The notes beneath the pieces were generated by a model. It was not told where the DNA came from. It made no database searches and was given only the letters and a program-made list of their open reading frames with translations. The position numbers and the translations under genes are program-made. Positions 50,324 through 59,783 of a stretch of DNA of 64,000 bases are shown here, in pieces. Origin of the DNA: a virus (lineage: Duplodnaviria; Caudoviricetes); the IMG/VR virus record IMGVR_UViG_3300031867_000002, positions 96,001-160,000 of that record; one strand, 5' to 3'. The first letter of the stretch is position 1. Every line of letters begins with the position of its first letter.

Positions 50324-50749
50324 ATGCTTACTAATACAGTTTCTGTTGACCAGATTATTGAAGATATAATGAATGCTCAAAGAGACCTGGTTGTAGAAAA
50401 TGCTGTTGATGAATACTTACTTGCTGAAAGAGATATTCTAACCGAAGCTACTACAGCAGCTGATAAAATGGCTGACTTAGAAATTGATGCTGGTTATGAT
50501 GATGAATCTCAGTTTCTTGAAGATGACGAAGAAGTAAATGCGTTTATTGATTCTGAAATTACAGATAGTATTAATGGAGAAGATAATTTATTCCAAGATA
50601 CTCTAGATGATTGTGGTATTGATAACGAAGACGATTTAATTGAAGATATAGAAGATGTGCTTAATCCATATGATGATTTAGAAGCTTTTATGGATGATGG
50701 TGACGATGTTGATTCTCTAATTGATGGAGATATTGATATAGATTATTAA
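50324..50749 (+). CDS. Highly acidic hypothetical protein
   Basis: SD AGGAGG before ATG 50324; very D/E-rich. Confidence 0.6.
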   Translation: MLTNTVSVDQIIEDIMNAQRDLVVENAVDEYLLAERDILTEATTAADKMADLEIDAGYDDESQFLEDDEEVNAFIDSEITDSINGEDNLFQDTLDDCGIDNEDDLIEDIEDVLNPYDDLEAFMDDGDDVDSLIDGDIDIDY

Positions 50750-50766
50750 TTTAGGAGGAAATAACA

Positions 50767-51228
50767 ATGGCTATTAACGTAACTAAATTTATGGTAACTG
50801 TAGAAACAAAGAATTATCCTGTAGTTACTATAAGACCACAAATCCAAAGATATGCTAAGATTCGTAAAAAGATGAATGCTTCTGAAATTGCTCAGTGTCT
50901 TTCTTGCTATGCTATCGTTACATTAGAAAAAAATAATGGTATTAAGGTTAGACTTACTGCAGATAATTTCAAACAAGTGCTTCGTTCTTATACAGCTGAA
51001 ATCAATAATGTTAAAATTAATAAAGGTATTATTGCTGAAGAAGATAAGAATGCTTCTCGTGTAGAAAAGATTAAAGAAGAACCTGAAGTAATTACTAATA
51101 CAAATACTGTTACTAATGATGATGCAACCACTATTGTAGATGAACAGGTTGAAACTACAGAACAGGCTGACCCAGAAGATGAAGATACATTTGATTCATC
51201 TCCATATTATGAAAATGATGATGACTAA
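50767..51228 (+). CDS. Hypothetical protein (acidic C-tail)
   Basis: SD AGGAGG. Confidence 0.6.
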   Translation: MAINVTKFMVTVETKNYPVVTIRPQIQRYAKIRKKMNASEIAQCLSCYAIVTLEKNNGIKVRLTADNFKQVLRSYTAEINNVKINKGIIAEEDKNASRVEKIKEEPEVITNTNTVTNDDATTIVDEQVETTEQADPEDEDTFDSSPYYENDDD

Positions 51229-51232
51229 TACA

Positions 51233-51267
51233 AAAAATAACCCAGGCAATGAGCCTGGGTTATTTTT
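51233..51267. terminator. Bidirectional intrinsic terminator
   Basis: AAAAATAACCCAGGC-aatga-GCCTGGGTTATTTTT. Confidence 0.85.
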
Positions 51268-51269
51268 CA

Positions 51270-51418
51270 TTTGAAATTCTCGTTTGCTTGACTGAATTAA
51301 TATTTTCAGTCAACGAAGCCTCCAAATCCGTCACCCATACTAACACCTCCTTTCGGATAGTATGGATGAGAATGAAGGCTATTAAAACCTGAAAGTATTA
51401 ATAGATTTACTCTCATCA
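51270..51418 (-). ncRNA. Putative structured small RNA containing a 10-codon ORF (51306-51338, MGDGFGGFVD)
   Basis: Own early-type promoter (51424-51431) and terminator; stems GATGAGA/TCTCATC, CTATTAA/TTAATAG, CATACTA-TCC-GAAA-GGA..TAGTATG, TTGACTGAA/TTCAGTCAA. Confidence 0.5.
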
Positions 51419-51436
51419 CTATTATGATATACAATT

Positions 51437-53242
51437 TTAGAACTCTGGATTAACAAACTTAACACTTTTATCTGGATGAATAGTAAGTTCATATAAGCAA
51501 AGAATATTTTCTTTTGAAATACCTCTTGTTGTAAAACCATTCATACCAAGAACTTGAATTTTTGCATTAGCTTGTTTCTCACATTCCTGATTAGCCTCAA
51601 TTGTGTATACTGGTTTAACAATTGCTGTATCACCGTCATAGTCCATACCCATAGCTTCAATAAGACCATTACTAATAGAAAGTGTATCTTCGAATACTGG
51701 AGATGTATTAGAGTTAATGTCAGTATCCTCAATAACAGGATACCATTTATATAATTTCATATTGTCTTCAAAATCAGATTGAATAACCATAGGCGCAGTT
51801 TTAACAGTAGACTTTATTCTAACTTTTGTAGGATACTGATTAAGATAGGAGTCAATTGGGAAACGAGTAATAAGACACATCTTATCTGATGTAACATCAC
51901 ATGCTGCCATATAGAATAAATCACACCATGTAATACGTCTATTTACTTTAAGAGTTTCTGAATAATCTTGTTTAGTCTCTTTATATTCTTCTGAATTATT
52001 AAGTTTATATCCAGTAAATCCCATCCAAAAATTTAAATTTTTCAAATCTTTAATTTCTTTACCAGAAATAGCTCCAACTATTTGATGATTCTTAGCACGT
52101 CTAGCAAACTCTTCTTTATCTACTGGAATTTCAATAGGAATAAAACGGTTGCTATAACCATGAATAAAACGTTCAATCTGTTTATCTATTTCTACATCAG
52201 AGAATGCAATCTGATAATCTACTAATGGCACCATGATAGATTCTTTTTCATTTATCATAATAGGATACTCTAGTTTACCAGCAAATCTATTCTCAAAGAA
52301 ACGTCTTAACCAGAATGATACAAATGGTTTAAAGCAACATAGTGCTGCAGCTAGTGGTAATGCACAGTGGTCCATGTCAATCATTAAATCATCTATATCT
52401 TCTCCACTTACATCGGGAGCAGACATTACCAAACGTGCACTATAATCTACTGTTTTATACATAGTACCACGTTTAATAAGACCCATTTTACCAGGTAAGT
52501 TAGCAGGTGTTTCTTTACCATTTATAGTAGTACCATTACCAAACCAATCAAAAATTTGTACTAAAATATTTTGTACTCTTGCTTTAGTAACGTCACTTAA
52601 TGTAAGTCCATATCCAGATGTTTCTTTAAGTGCTTTTGTAGCCATTATCAAACTACTATAGAGTTTGTTTATTTCTCCTACTCCAATACCAGCATCTCTA
52701 GTATCTACGTCTCTATAGTATGCTGGTATTACTACCCACTTATCTACCCACATCTTATTTTTTACTTTCTCAATAAAGTCAATTCTCTTATTTCTAGATG
52801 CAGAATCATTCTTCTTAAACTTAATCTTAGAGAAGTTTTTCTTTAACCAATCTATCCCAGTATCGCCATCATCACTTGGAACTAAATCACCTTTATCATC
52901 AATAATAAAATAATCTGTACCATTTACAATATCTGCAATCTTACCATTGAGTTTTAATAGTGTCTTATATACTAGTGGTTGTATAAATTGAGAACCTAAA
53001 TCTATATATGCATATATACCAGCACGTTCATTTTTTGTAATGCCAAATATTTCATTGCTTAATAATCCATCTTCTGTTGGTGTAGGACCATTAAAAAATA
53101 CTGGATTACTTACCTCTTTTAACAAGTTATTCTTAATAAACTTATCTATGTCTAATAACTCTGTTTTAAAGTGTTCAGTTGCAGCTTCAGTAAAATAATC
53201 AGTTTCATCCTTAGCAATATTAACAGCTTCATCTATAAGCAT
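51437..53242 (-). CDS. Multisubunit RNA polymerase beta'-like subunit, N-terminal half with catalytic site (probably virion RNAP)
   Basis: GLLSNEIFG, VIPAYYR, GKMGLIK...KTVDYSARLVMS, RFP, MGMDYDGD; ATG 53242 after AGGAGG; late-type promoter 53271-53283. Confidence 0.9.
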   Translation of the reverse strand: MLIDEAVNIAKDETDYFTEAATEHFKTELLDIDKFIKNNLLKEVSNPVFFNGPTPTEDGLLSNEIFGITKNERAGIYAYIDLGSQFIQPLVYKTLLKLNGKIADIVNGTDYFIIDDKGDLVPSDDGDTGIDWLKKNFSKIKFKKNDSASRNKRIDFIEKVKNKMWVDKWVVIPAYYRDVDTRDAGIGVGEINKLYSSLIMATKALKETSGYGLTLSDVTKARVQNILVQIFDWFGNGTTINGKETPANLPGKMGLIKRGTMYKTVDYSARLVMSAPDVSGEDIDDLMIDMDHCALPLAAALCCFKPFVSFWLRRFFENRFAGKLEYPIMINEKESIMVPLVDYQIAFSDVEIDKQIERFIHGYSNRFIPIEIPVDKEEFARRAKNHQIVGAISGKEIKDLKNLNFWMGFTGYKLNNSEEYKETKQDYSETLKVNRRITWCDLFYMAACDVTSDKMCLITRFPIDSYLNQYPTKVRIKSTVKTAPMVIQSDFEDNMKLYKWYPVIEDTDINSNTSPVFEDTLSISNGLIEAMGMDYDGDTAIVKPVYTIEANQECEKQANAKIQVLGMNGFTTRGISKENILCLYELTIHPDKSVKFVNPEF

Positions 53243-53343
53243 TGTAATATACCTCCTTATTATCATATAATTATTATAAAGTTCCACCTATCCATTCTAA
53301 CAAAACATACATATAAAATTGATTATAAAGGAGGATATTCTAT

Positions 53344-53904
53344 ATGAAGAAGCCTGTTTATTACTATCAGAATGTACAGCATTTTGATGATTATAATTGT
53401 TGTCCTAGACCTTGTCCACCGCCTCATCCATGCCCTCCTCCTCACCATCATTGTCATCCACATTATCATGGCAAAGTTGGTATTGTAGGAAGAACAGTAT
53501 TATCTGTTCGCTATGTGGATTGTCATGGTCACGTACAGACATTTGATATTCATGAGAATGAAACTTATGAGATTAAAGCAGTTAGTCAGACTCGTGGAGT
53601 TTGTACTTTTGCTGCAAGAATCATTGATTTTGAATGCTCTAAGGGTATTGAAAAGCTCATTGATAAACCTCATATGATTGATGTAACTGCAATTATTGTA
53701 GATTACTCTGATGCATATGAAAGCAAGCTTCTTAGAATTGGTATTGAGAATATCATTTCTATTAAGCCAGTAAAGTGCTTTGATGGTATGATTCCTGATT
53801 TTGTACCTCAGTGTCCAGAACCAGTATCTCCACCTCATCATTGTGAATGTAGCCCATCTGGTTATGAAGAATATGTTATTAATGACCCGTTTGAGATGGG
53901 TTAA
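53344..53904 (+). CDS. Hypothetical protein with Pro/His/Cys-rich termini
   Basis: CCPRPCPPPHPCPPPHHHCHPH; core paralogous to 25139-25525; late-type promoter 53304-53316. Confidence 0.65.
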   Translation: MKKPVYYYQNVQHFDDYNCCPRPCPPPHPCPPPHHHCHPHYHGKVGIVGRTVLSVRYVDCHGHVQTFDIHENETYEIKAVSQTRGVCTFAARIIDFECSKGIEKLIDKPHMIDVTAIIVDYSDAYESKLLRIGIENIISIKPVKCFDGMIPDFVPQCPEPVSPPHHCECSPSGYEEYVINDPFEMG

Positions 53905-53939
53905 TCGTTCTCCAAATCTAAGAAAGGAGATGAATTGTA

Positions 53940-56813
53940 TTGAAGAGATATTCTAATCTCGATATGACAGGTAATCAGATTACTAGAGTCGTAATTGAAC
54001 TTGTATCTACATTACCTGTTACTGACCTTAATATTGGTAGAATTGTATATCTTACTACAGATGATAAATTCTACGGTTATACATCTAATGGTTGGAAAGA
54101 AGTAACTCCAGATATGTTTCCTGGATATGCATATCTTGACCCTGCAGACGATAATACTAAACAGATTACTAAGTGGTCTGAACCTGGTACTACACCAGAT
54201 GCAGAAGATGACGGAGCTAAAGCTGTAGATGAGCATTCTCATAAAGATGATTATGTAACTGCAGCACAAGTTGCTACTACACTTATAAATCTTCGTAGAT
54301 TTGATGACCCAAGTATTGATAATACTAAGAATCATTACGGTTATCCAGTATACGATGTTAATGGTCAGCTTACTTCTATTGATACTACAAAAATTGTTGC
54401 AGATTATCAGTGGAGTGATTTACTGAAAAACAGAATGATGATTCCTAGAATTGCAGCAAATGGTAGTGTCGTAGAAAGTCCATTCTTTGTAGATGGTGGA
54501 TGGTATAAACTTACTACTAGAGACCAGTGGGAAACTATGATTCCTACATCTGGATGTGTAATTGAGAATATTAAACACATGGCAGAATATATTCTCGGAG
54601 TAGCATATGCTAATTTAGGTAATGGTATCTTTGCTACTAATTCAAGCGGTGAAACTATTTGGATTAGTACAACTGCTGGTAGTGCAGAAGAAAAGCTTCT
54701 TAGTGTTACAAGTAATGGTGTACAAGTACAACTTAATGTAACAACTACTGTAGATAGTAATAGCACTGATACTCAAATTCCTACTGCAAAAGCTGTATAT
54801 GATGCATTATCTTCTAGTAGTGGCTTAGATGATGCAAAAATAAATGTAATAGACGATGAAATAACACTGCACACTTTTGATACATTATCTGATGCTAAAG
54901 ACTATATTGATTCTAATAATAAACCAAAAAGTGTTATTATAGGCTCTAATGCTGGTGTAACTAGTATTGGTGATGGTACATTTGAAATGTGTGAATCTCT
55001 TACATCTATTACTATACCTGATAGTGTAACTAGTATTGGTGATAATGCATTTAGAAATTGTACATCACTTACATCTATTACTATACCTGATAGTGTAACT
55101 AGTATTGGTAATAATACATTTGATGGTTGTACATCTCTTACATCTATTACTATACCCGATAATGTAACTAGTATTTGTAATAATACATTTAGAAATTGTA
55201 CATCACTTACATCTATTACTATACCCGATAGTGTAACTAGTATTGATAGCAGTGCATTTGATGGTTGTACATCTCTTATATCTATTACTATACCCGATAA
55301 TGTAACTAGTATTGGTAATAGTGTATTTAGTGGTTGTACATCTCTTACATCTATTAATATACCTAGTAGTGTAACTAGTATTGGTAATGATGCATTTAGC
55401 GGTTGTGATATACTTTTACTCGATAACTATAAGTCTAGAACAGGTTATCCTTGGGGTGCTACTGATATATTAATTCATAACGAAAACGTTACTACTACTA
55501 TTAACGAGAATAGTACAGATAGACAAGTGCCTACAGCTAATAGTGTATATAATTTTATTATAGAAAACATGTTTTCTATAAAATTTGATATGGAATATCT
55601 AAAAGAATATATAGAAAGAACAATTACATCTATTAATATATCTGATAGTGTAACTAGTATTGGTGATGGTGCATTTAGGTATTGTAAATCTCTTACATCT
55701 ATTAATATACCTGATAGTGTAACTAGTATTGGTAGAGATGCATTTCGTAATTGTACATCACTTACATCTATTACTATACCTGATAGCGTAACTATTATTG
55801 GTAGCGGTACATTTTATGGTTGTAAATCTCTTACATCTATTACTATACCTAGTAGTGTAACTAGTATTAGTAGCAGTGCATTTTCTAATTGTAAATCTCT
55901 TACATCTATTACTATACCTAGTAGTGTAACTAGTATTAGTAGCAGTGCATTTTCTAATTGTACATCTCTTACATCTATTACTATACCTGATAGCGTAACT
56001 AGTATTGGTAGAGGTGCATTTGATGGTTGTGAATCTCTTACATCTATTACTATACCTAGTAGTGTAACTAGTATTGATGATAGTGCATTTAGGTATTGCG
56101 AATCTCTTACATCTATTACTATACCTAGTAGTGTAACTAGTATTAGTAGCAGTGCATTTGAAAATTGTAAATCTCTTACATCTATTACTATACCTGATAG
56201 CGTAACTAAAATTGGTGATGCTGCATTTAGGTATTGTACATCACTTACATCTATTACTATACCTGATAGCGTAACTAAAATTGGTAGCGGTGCATTTGAA
56301 AATTGTACATCACTTACATCTATTAATATACCTGATAGTGTAATTAGAATTGGTAGCAGTGCATTTAGCGGTTGTAAATCTCTTACATCTATTACTATAC
56401 CTGATAGTGTAACTAGTATTGGTTATGATGCATTTAGGTATTGTACATCACTTACATCTATTACTATACCTGATAGTGTAACTATTATTGGTGATGATGC
56501 ATTTGCTAGTTGTACATCTCTTACATCTATTAGTATACCTAGTAGTGTAACTAGTATTGGTAGCGGTACATTTGCTAGTTGTACATCTCTTACATCTATT
56601 AATATACCTAGTAGTGTAACTAGTATTGGTAATGATGCATTTGCTAGTTGTACATCTCTTACATCTATTACTATACCTAGTAGTGTAACTAGAATTGGTA
56701 GATATGCATTTGGTAGTAGGTCTATTACATCTATTACAATAAATAAACCAGAAGGAAGTATATCTGGTGCTCCTTGGGGAGCAACAAACGCTACAGTTCA
56801 ATGGACTGGATAA
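53940..56813 (+). CDS. Fibre/receptor-binding-like protein with BspA-type (LRR_5) leucine-rich repeats
   Basis: TTG start after AGGAG; N-terminus similar to 57169 protein; two PTAxxVY fibre motifs; 7 + 16 23-aa repeats [21 protein letters not shown]; PWGAT caps. Confidence 0.85.
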   Translation: MKRYSNLDMTGNQITRVVIELVSTLPVTDLNIGRIVYLTTDDKFYGYTSNGWKEVTPDMFPGYAYLDPADDNTKQITKWSEPGTTPDAEDDGAKAVDEHSHKDDYVTAAQVATTLINLRRFDDPSIDNTKNHYGYPVYDVNGQLTSIDTTKIVADYQWSDLLKNRMMIPRIAANGSVVESPFFVDGGWYKLTTRDQWETMIPTSGCVIENIKHMAEYILGVAYANLGNGIFATNSSGETIWISTTAGSAEEKLLSVTSNGVQVQLNVTTTVDSNSTDTQIPTAKAVYDALSSSSGLDDAKINVIDDEITLHTFDTLSDAKDYIDSNNKPKSVIIGSNAGVTSIGDGTFEMCESLTSITIPDSVTSIGDNAFRNCTSLTSITIPDSVTSIGNNTFDGCTSLTSITIPDNVTSICNNTFRNCTSLTSITIPDSVTSIDSSAFDGCTSLISITIPDNVTSIGNSVFSGCTSLTSINIPSSVTSIGNDAFSGCDILLLDNYKSRTGYPWGATDILIHNENVTTTINENSTDRQVPTANSVYNFIIENMFSIKFDMEYLKEYIERTITSINISDSVTSIGDGAFRYCKSLTSINIPDSVTSIGRDAFRNCTSLTSITIPDSVTIIGSGTFYGCKSLTSITIPSSVTSISSSAFSNCKSLTSITIPSSVTSISSSAFSNCTSLTSITIPDSVTSIGRGAFDGCESLTSITIPSSVTSIDDSAFRYCESLTSITIPSSVTSISSSAFENCKSLTSITIPDSVTKIGDAAFRYCTSLTSITIPDSVTKIGSGAFENCTSLTSINIPDSVIRIGSSAFSGCKSLTSITIPDSVTSIGYDAFRYCTSLTSITIPDSVTIIGDDAFASCTSLTSISIPSSVTSIGSGTFASCTSLTSINIPSSVTSIGNDAFASCTSLTSITIPSSVTRIGRYAFGSRSITSITINKPEGSISGAPWGATNATVQWTG
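54955..55407 (+). repeat. 69-bp tandem repeat block 1 (about 7 units)
   Basis: Recurrent CTTACATCTATTACTATACCxGATAGTGTAACTAGTATT. Confidence 0.9.
55624..56740 (+). repeat. 69-bp tandem repeat block 2 (about 16 units)
   Basis: Same unit; near-identical framework codons. Confidence 0.9.
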
Positions 56814-56828
56814 AGGAGATGTTAGAAT

Positions 56829-57152
56829 ATGTTATTAGAAAGTATTATTTCTAGAAATGTGTCATCTATTACTATACCTAATGGTGTAACTAGTATTGGC
56901 GATTATGCGTTTTTTTATTGTATGTCTCTTACATCTATTACTATACCTAGTAGTGTAACTAGTATTGGTAGCGGTGCATTTACTGGTTGTACATCTCTTG
57001 CATCTATTACTATACCTAGTAGTGTAACTAGTATCGGTGAAGGTGCATTTGCTAGTAATTCTATTACATCTATTACAATAAATAAACCAGAAGGAAGTAT
57101 ATCTGGCGCTCCTTGGGGAGCAACAAACGCTACAGTAACTTGGACTGGATAA
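56829..57152 (+). CDS. Mini BspA-LRR protein duplicating the C-terminus of the upstream gene
   Basis: Three repeats plus [30 protein letters not shown]; own SD AAGGAG. Confidence 0.8.
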   Translation: MLLESIISRNVSSITIPNGVTSIGDYAFFYCMSLTSITIPSSVTSIGSGAFTGCTSLASITIPSSVTSIGEGAFASNSITSITINKPEGSISGAPWGATNATVTWTG

Positions 57153-57168
57153 TAAAGGAGGATAATAT

Positions 57169-58503
57169 ATGAAAGTTTTGACTAATCTTGACCTTGTCAA
57201 AAATCAACTTCTGAATGGTGTTATTCAGAAAGTTGCTGCTGACCCTACAACTAAACTTGCTGCAGGTTGGATTATCTTTAACACAGAAGAAGCTAAACTG
57301 AAGTATTACAATGGTGAAGAGTGGGTTACTATTGGTTCTGGTGGTGGTAGTTCTGTAGATATTGCTACAGTAATCAACTCTACTTCTACTAATTCTAAAG
57401 CTGCTGGTGCTAAAGCAGTATATGATTTTGTAACAGAAAATCTTGCTGATATTCGTGCTGTAGCAAATGGCGATGTACTCATTGTTGATTCTACAACTGG
57501 TAATATTGTAGGCATTGATGTAGATACTGTTGTTACTGAAGACTCTGTAAATCTTATTACTTCTGGTGCTGTATTTACTGCACTTCAAGAGGCTGTATCT
57601 ACTGTAGATGCAATGAAGTTCAAGGGCACTCTTGCTGCTGATGGTACTATTACTTCTACAGATACAAGTATCAATAATAAGAAGCTTACAACACTTACTG
57701 ATATTAAGAATGGTTGGACATTCAAGGCTGCTGCTGCTATTGATGCAGATGTTCTTGATATTGATGATAAGCCTATTGAAGTAGGTGATATGGTAATCGC
57801 TTGTGGTAATATGGCTACGTATGATGCTACCAAGTTCTCTGTTATCCAGATGAATCTTGATGGTGTTGTAATTGGTCCTGCATCTTCTAACGATGATACT
57901 ATTGTAGTATTCAATGGTGTTACTGGTAAAGCAGTTAAGGCATCTACTGTTACTAAGACACAGCTTGAAGCACTGTTTACTAGTCTTATCTCTTTACAAG
58001 CTGCAGCAGATGCAACCGATGTAGTATTATCTTCTTCTAATGCAGGTGACCCAACTACAGTAAAGCCAGGTCAAACAATCCAGGCTACTCTTAAGTCTAC
58101 TGGCGTAACAGCAAATACTTATGGTGATAACTCTGGTATTGTAGGTTCTACTATTGATGATAAGGACAGTTTTACTATTCCTCAGTTTACTGTAGATGAA
58201 AAAGGTCGTATGACTGCTGCAGAAGATAAGGTTATTACACTTAACCTTGCTTCTAAAGGTAATATCTATCGTAAATCTAATCCTGCTCTTACTGCAGATG
58301 CAAACGATGATTGTTCTTGGGTAATCGATGATATTGCTCTCGAAGTAAATCAGTATCCATCGGTAAACCTGTATGAAGTAAATACTGGTGAGATGGTATT
58401 AGCAGATGTATCTGTTAACTTTACTAATGAAGAAATCACCATTAGCTTTAAGCAGACTGGTGATATTTCTTCTGGTAGATATGTAGCAGTAATTGTAGTA
58501 TAA
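57169..58503 (+). CDS. Tail fibre-like structural protein
   Basis: NLDL.KNQ N-terminus, AKAVYD fibre motif, MKFKG, VDEKGR.TAA; T/S/A/G-rich. Confidence 0.65.
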   Translation: MKVLTNLDLVKNQLLNGVIQKVAADPTTKLAAGWIIFNTEEAKLKYYNGEEWVTIGSGGGSSVDIATVINSTSTNSKAAGAKAVYDFVTENLADIRAVANGDVLIVDSTTGNIVGIDVDTVVTEDSVNLITSGAVFTALQEAVSTVDAMKFKGTLAADGTITSTDTSINNKKLTTLTDIKNGWTFKAAAAIDADVLDIDDKPIEVGDMVIACGNMATYDATKFSVIQMNLDGVVIGPASSNDDTIVVFNGVTGKAVKASTVTKTQLEALFTSLISLQAAADATDVVLSSSNAGDPTTVKPGQTIQATLKSTGVTANTYGDNSGIVGSTIDDKDSFTIPQFTVDEKGRMTAAEDKVITLNLASKGNIYRKSNPALTADANDDCSWVIDDIALEVNQYPSVNLYEVNTGEMVLADVSVNFTNEEITISFKQTGDISSGRYVAVIVV

Positions 58504-58521
58504 AAAGGAGAGTGAAGACAT

Positions 58522-59547
58522 ATGGCTAACGATTTCTATGATGAGTTTGAAAGTGTCTTCATTGATAACGATAAACCTGAATTGGTTCCTGGTTTGGACG
58601 AGGGTTGTTGTCATTGTCCACCACCAAAGCCTGCTCCAAATCCAAGAGAGTATTTCAGGAGGCCAGAAGTTATCAATAGACCTTACTCTGATAAACCTGC
58701 TCCTGGTCCATATAGACCAGATTATTATGTAGACAGTTATGGTGATGCACAACCTAATCCAGTACCAAATACTTATTTTGTTCCTGGACGTAAATGCCCA
58801 CCACCACCTAAGCCTTGTCCTCCCCCACCTCCACCACACGATAGATGTATTCATCCTATGCATTGGGAAGAGGACCATAGATATGTGACTAAGGGTGAAC
58901 TTAATCATATTCTTATGCATATCGCTGATGCAGATATCTTTAGAGATTTATCTGAAAATGGTACTACTGTATCTGTAGGTGGTATTAAGAAGGGTACTAA
59001 ATTCCGCAAGCTTACATTTGCTCAACTAATGTGCCTTATGTTATATCCTAAGGATGGAGTAGAAGAAGATGATTATGCTTGTGAAACTGCAGATGGTAAG
59101 ACTGTACTGAATTCTACTGTTAAATATCCTATTGGTGGATTCAAAGAAGGAGATTCTCTTAAAGGTATGACTATCTCTGAAATCTTTGAAACTCTGCTTT
59201 GTGGTAAGAATCCTTGGGGTACTTATATGTGGATTTCTGATGAGATTACTGTTAATGCAGCAGATACAACAATCGATGCAGAAGTGCTCATTCCTAAGCT
59301 TGTAGAAGATTACCATGAAAACCGTGTATTCGAATTGCACGTACTTGGTACATCTGAAGCAACTGAATCTAATTACAAGTATGACGAAATCATTGCTAAG
59401 AAGGATAGCACACAAAAAACAAATGTCACTACAGAAGGTGTTCCTAGTGATATTAAATGGAGCTACAATCCAGAAAGCAAGAAGATTACTCTTCATACAG
59501 ATACAGAAATCACAAGTGTTATTAAGGTAGTAATGGTAAGACGATAA
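58522..59547 (+). CDS. Hypothetical structural-like protein with Pro/Cys-rich N-region
   Basis: CPPPPKPCPPPPPP; duplicated motif VGGIKKG..F..LTF / IGGFKEG..L..MTI. Confidence 0.6.
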   Translation: MANDFYDEFESVFIDNDKPELVPGLDEGCCHCPPPKPAPNPREYFRRPEVINRPYSDKPAPGPYRPDYYVDSYGDAQPNPVPNTYFVPGRKCPPPPKPCPPPPPPHDRCIHPMHWEEDHRYVTKGELNHILMHIADADIFRDLSENGTTVSVGGIKKGTKFRKLTFAQLMCLMLYPKDGVEEDDYACETADGKTVLNSTVKYPIGGFKEGDSLKGMTISEIFETLLCGKNPWGTYMWISDEITVNAADTTIDAEVLIPKLVEDYHENRVFELHVLGTSEATESNYKYDEIIAKKDSTQKTNVTTEGVPSDIKWSYNPESKKITLHTDTEITSVIKVVMVRR

Positions 59548-59551
59548 AAAA

Positions 59552-59578
59552 GAAGGCGGGATGTAGAGTCCCGCCTTC
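59552..59578. terminator. Bidirectional terminator
   Basis: GAAGGCGGGA-tgtagag-TCCCGCCTTC. Confidence 0.75.
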
Positions 59579-59596
59579 CTTCTTGATGCTGAAAGG

Positions 59597-59782
59597 TTAA
59601 TCCTCCTCTCCATACCTTTCAGCATCAGTCATGAGCATGAGGTCAATTTGCTCTTGTTCATAATCTTCTCTTTCTTTCCAATACTTAATCCACTTGTCCT
59701 TTGACCATGGGATTTCGTTATTGCCGAGGGCATCCTTCACGAAATCTTCATATGTCTCACCATAAATGTTAACGTATTCCAT
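59597..59782 (-). CDS. Small hypothetical protein
   Basis: SD GGAGGTG before ATG 59782. Confidence 0.55.
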   Translation of the reverse strand: MEYVNIYGETYEDFVKDALGNNEIPWSKDKWIKYWKEREDYEQEQIDLMLMTDAERYGEED

Positions 59783-59783
59783 A

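Noticed and set aside
54955-57060. Regular repeats as a CRISPR array
   Set aside because: Period is 69 nt, in frame, encoding LRRs; variable parts are only a few codons; no cas genes
56700-57152. Duplicated C-terminus as a DGR VR/TR pair
   Set aside because: Differences between the two caps are not confined to adenines, both copies are ORFs with SDs, and no reverse transcriptase is in the window
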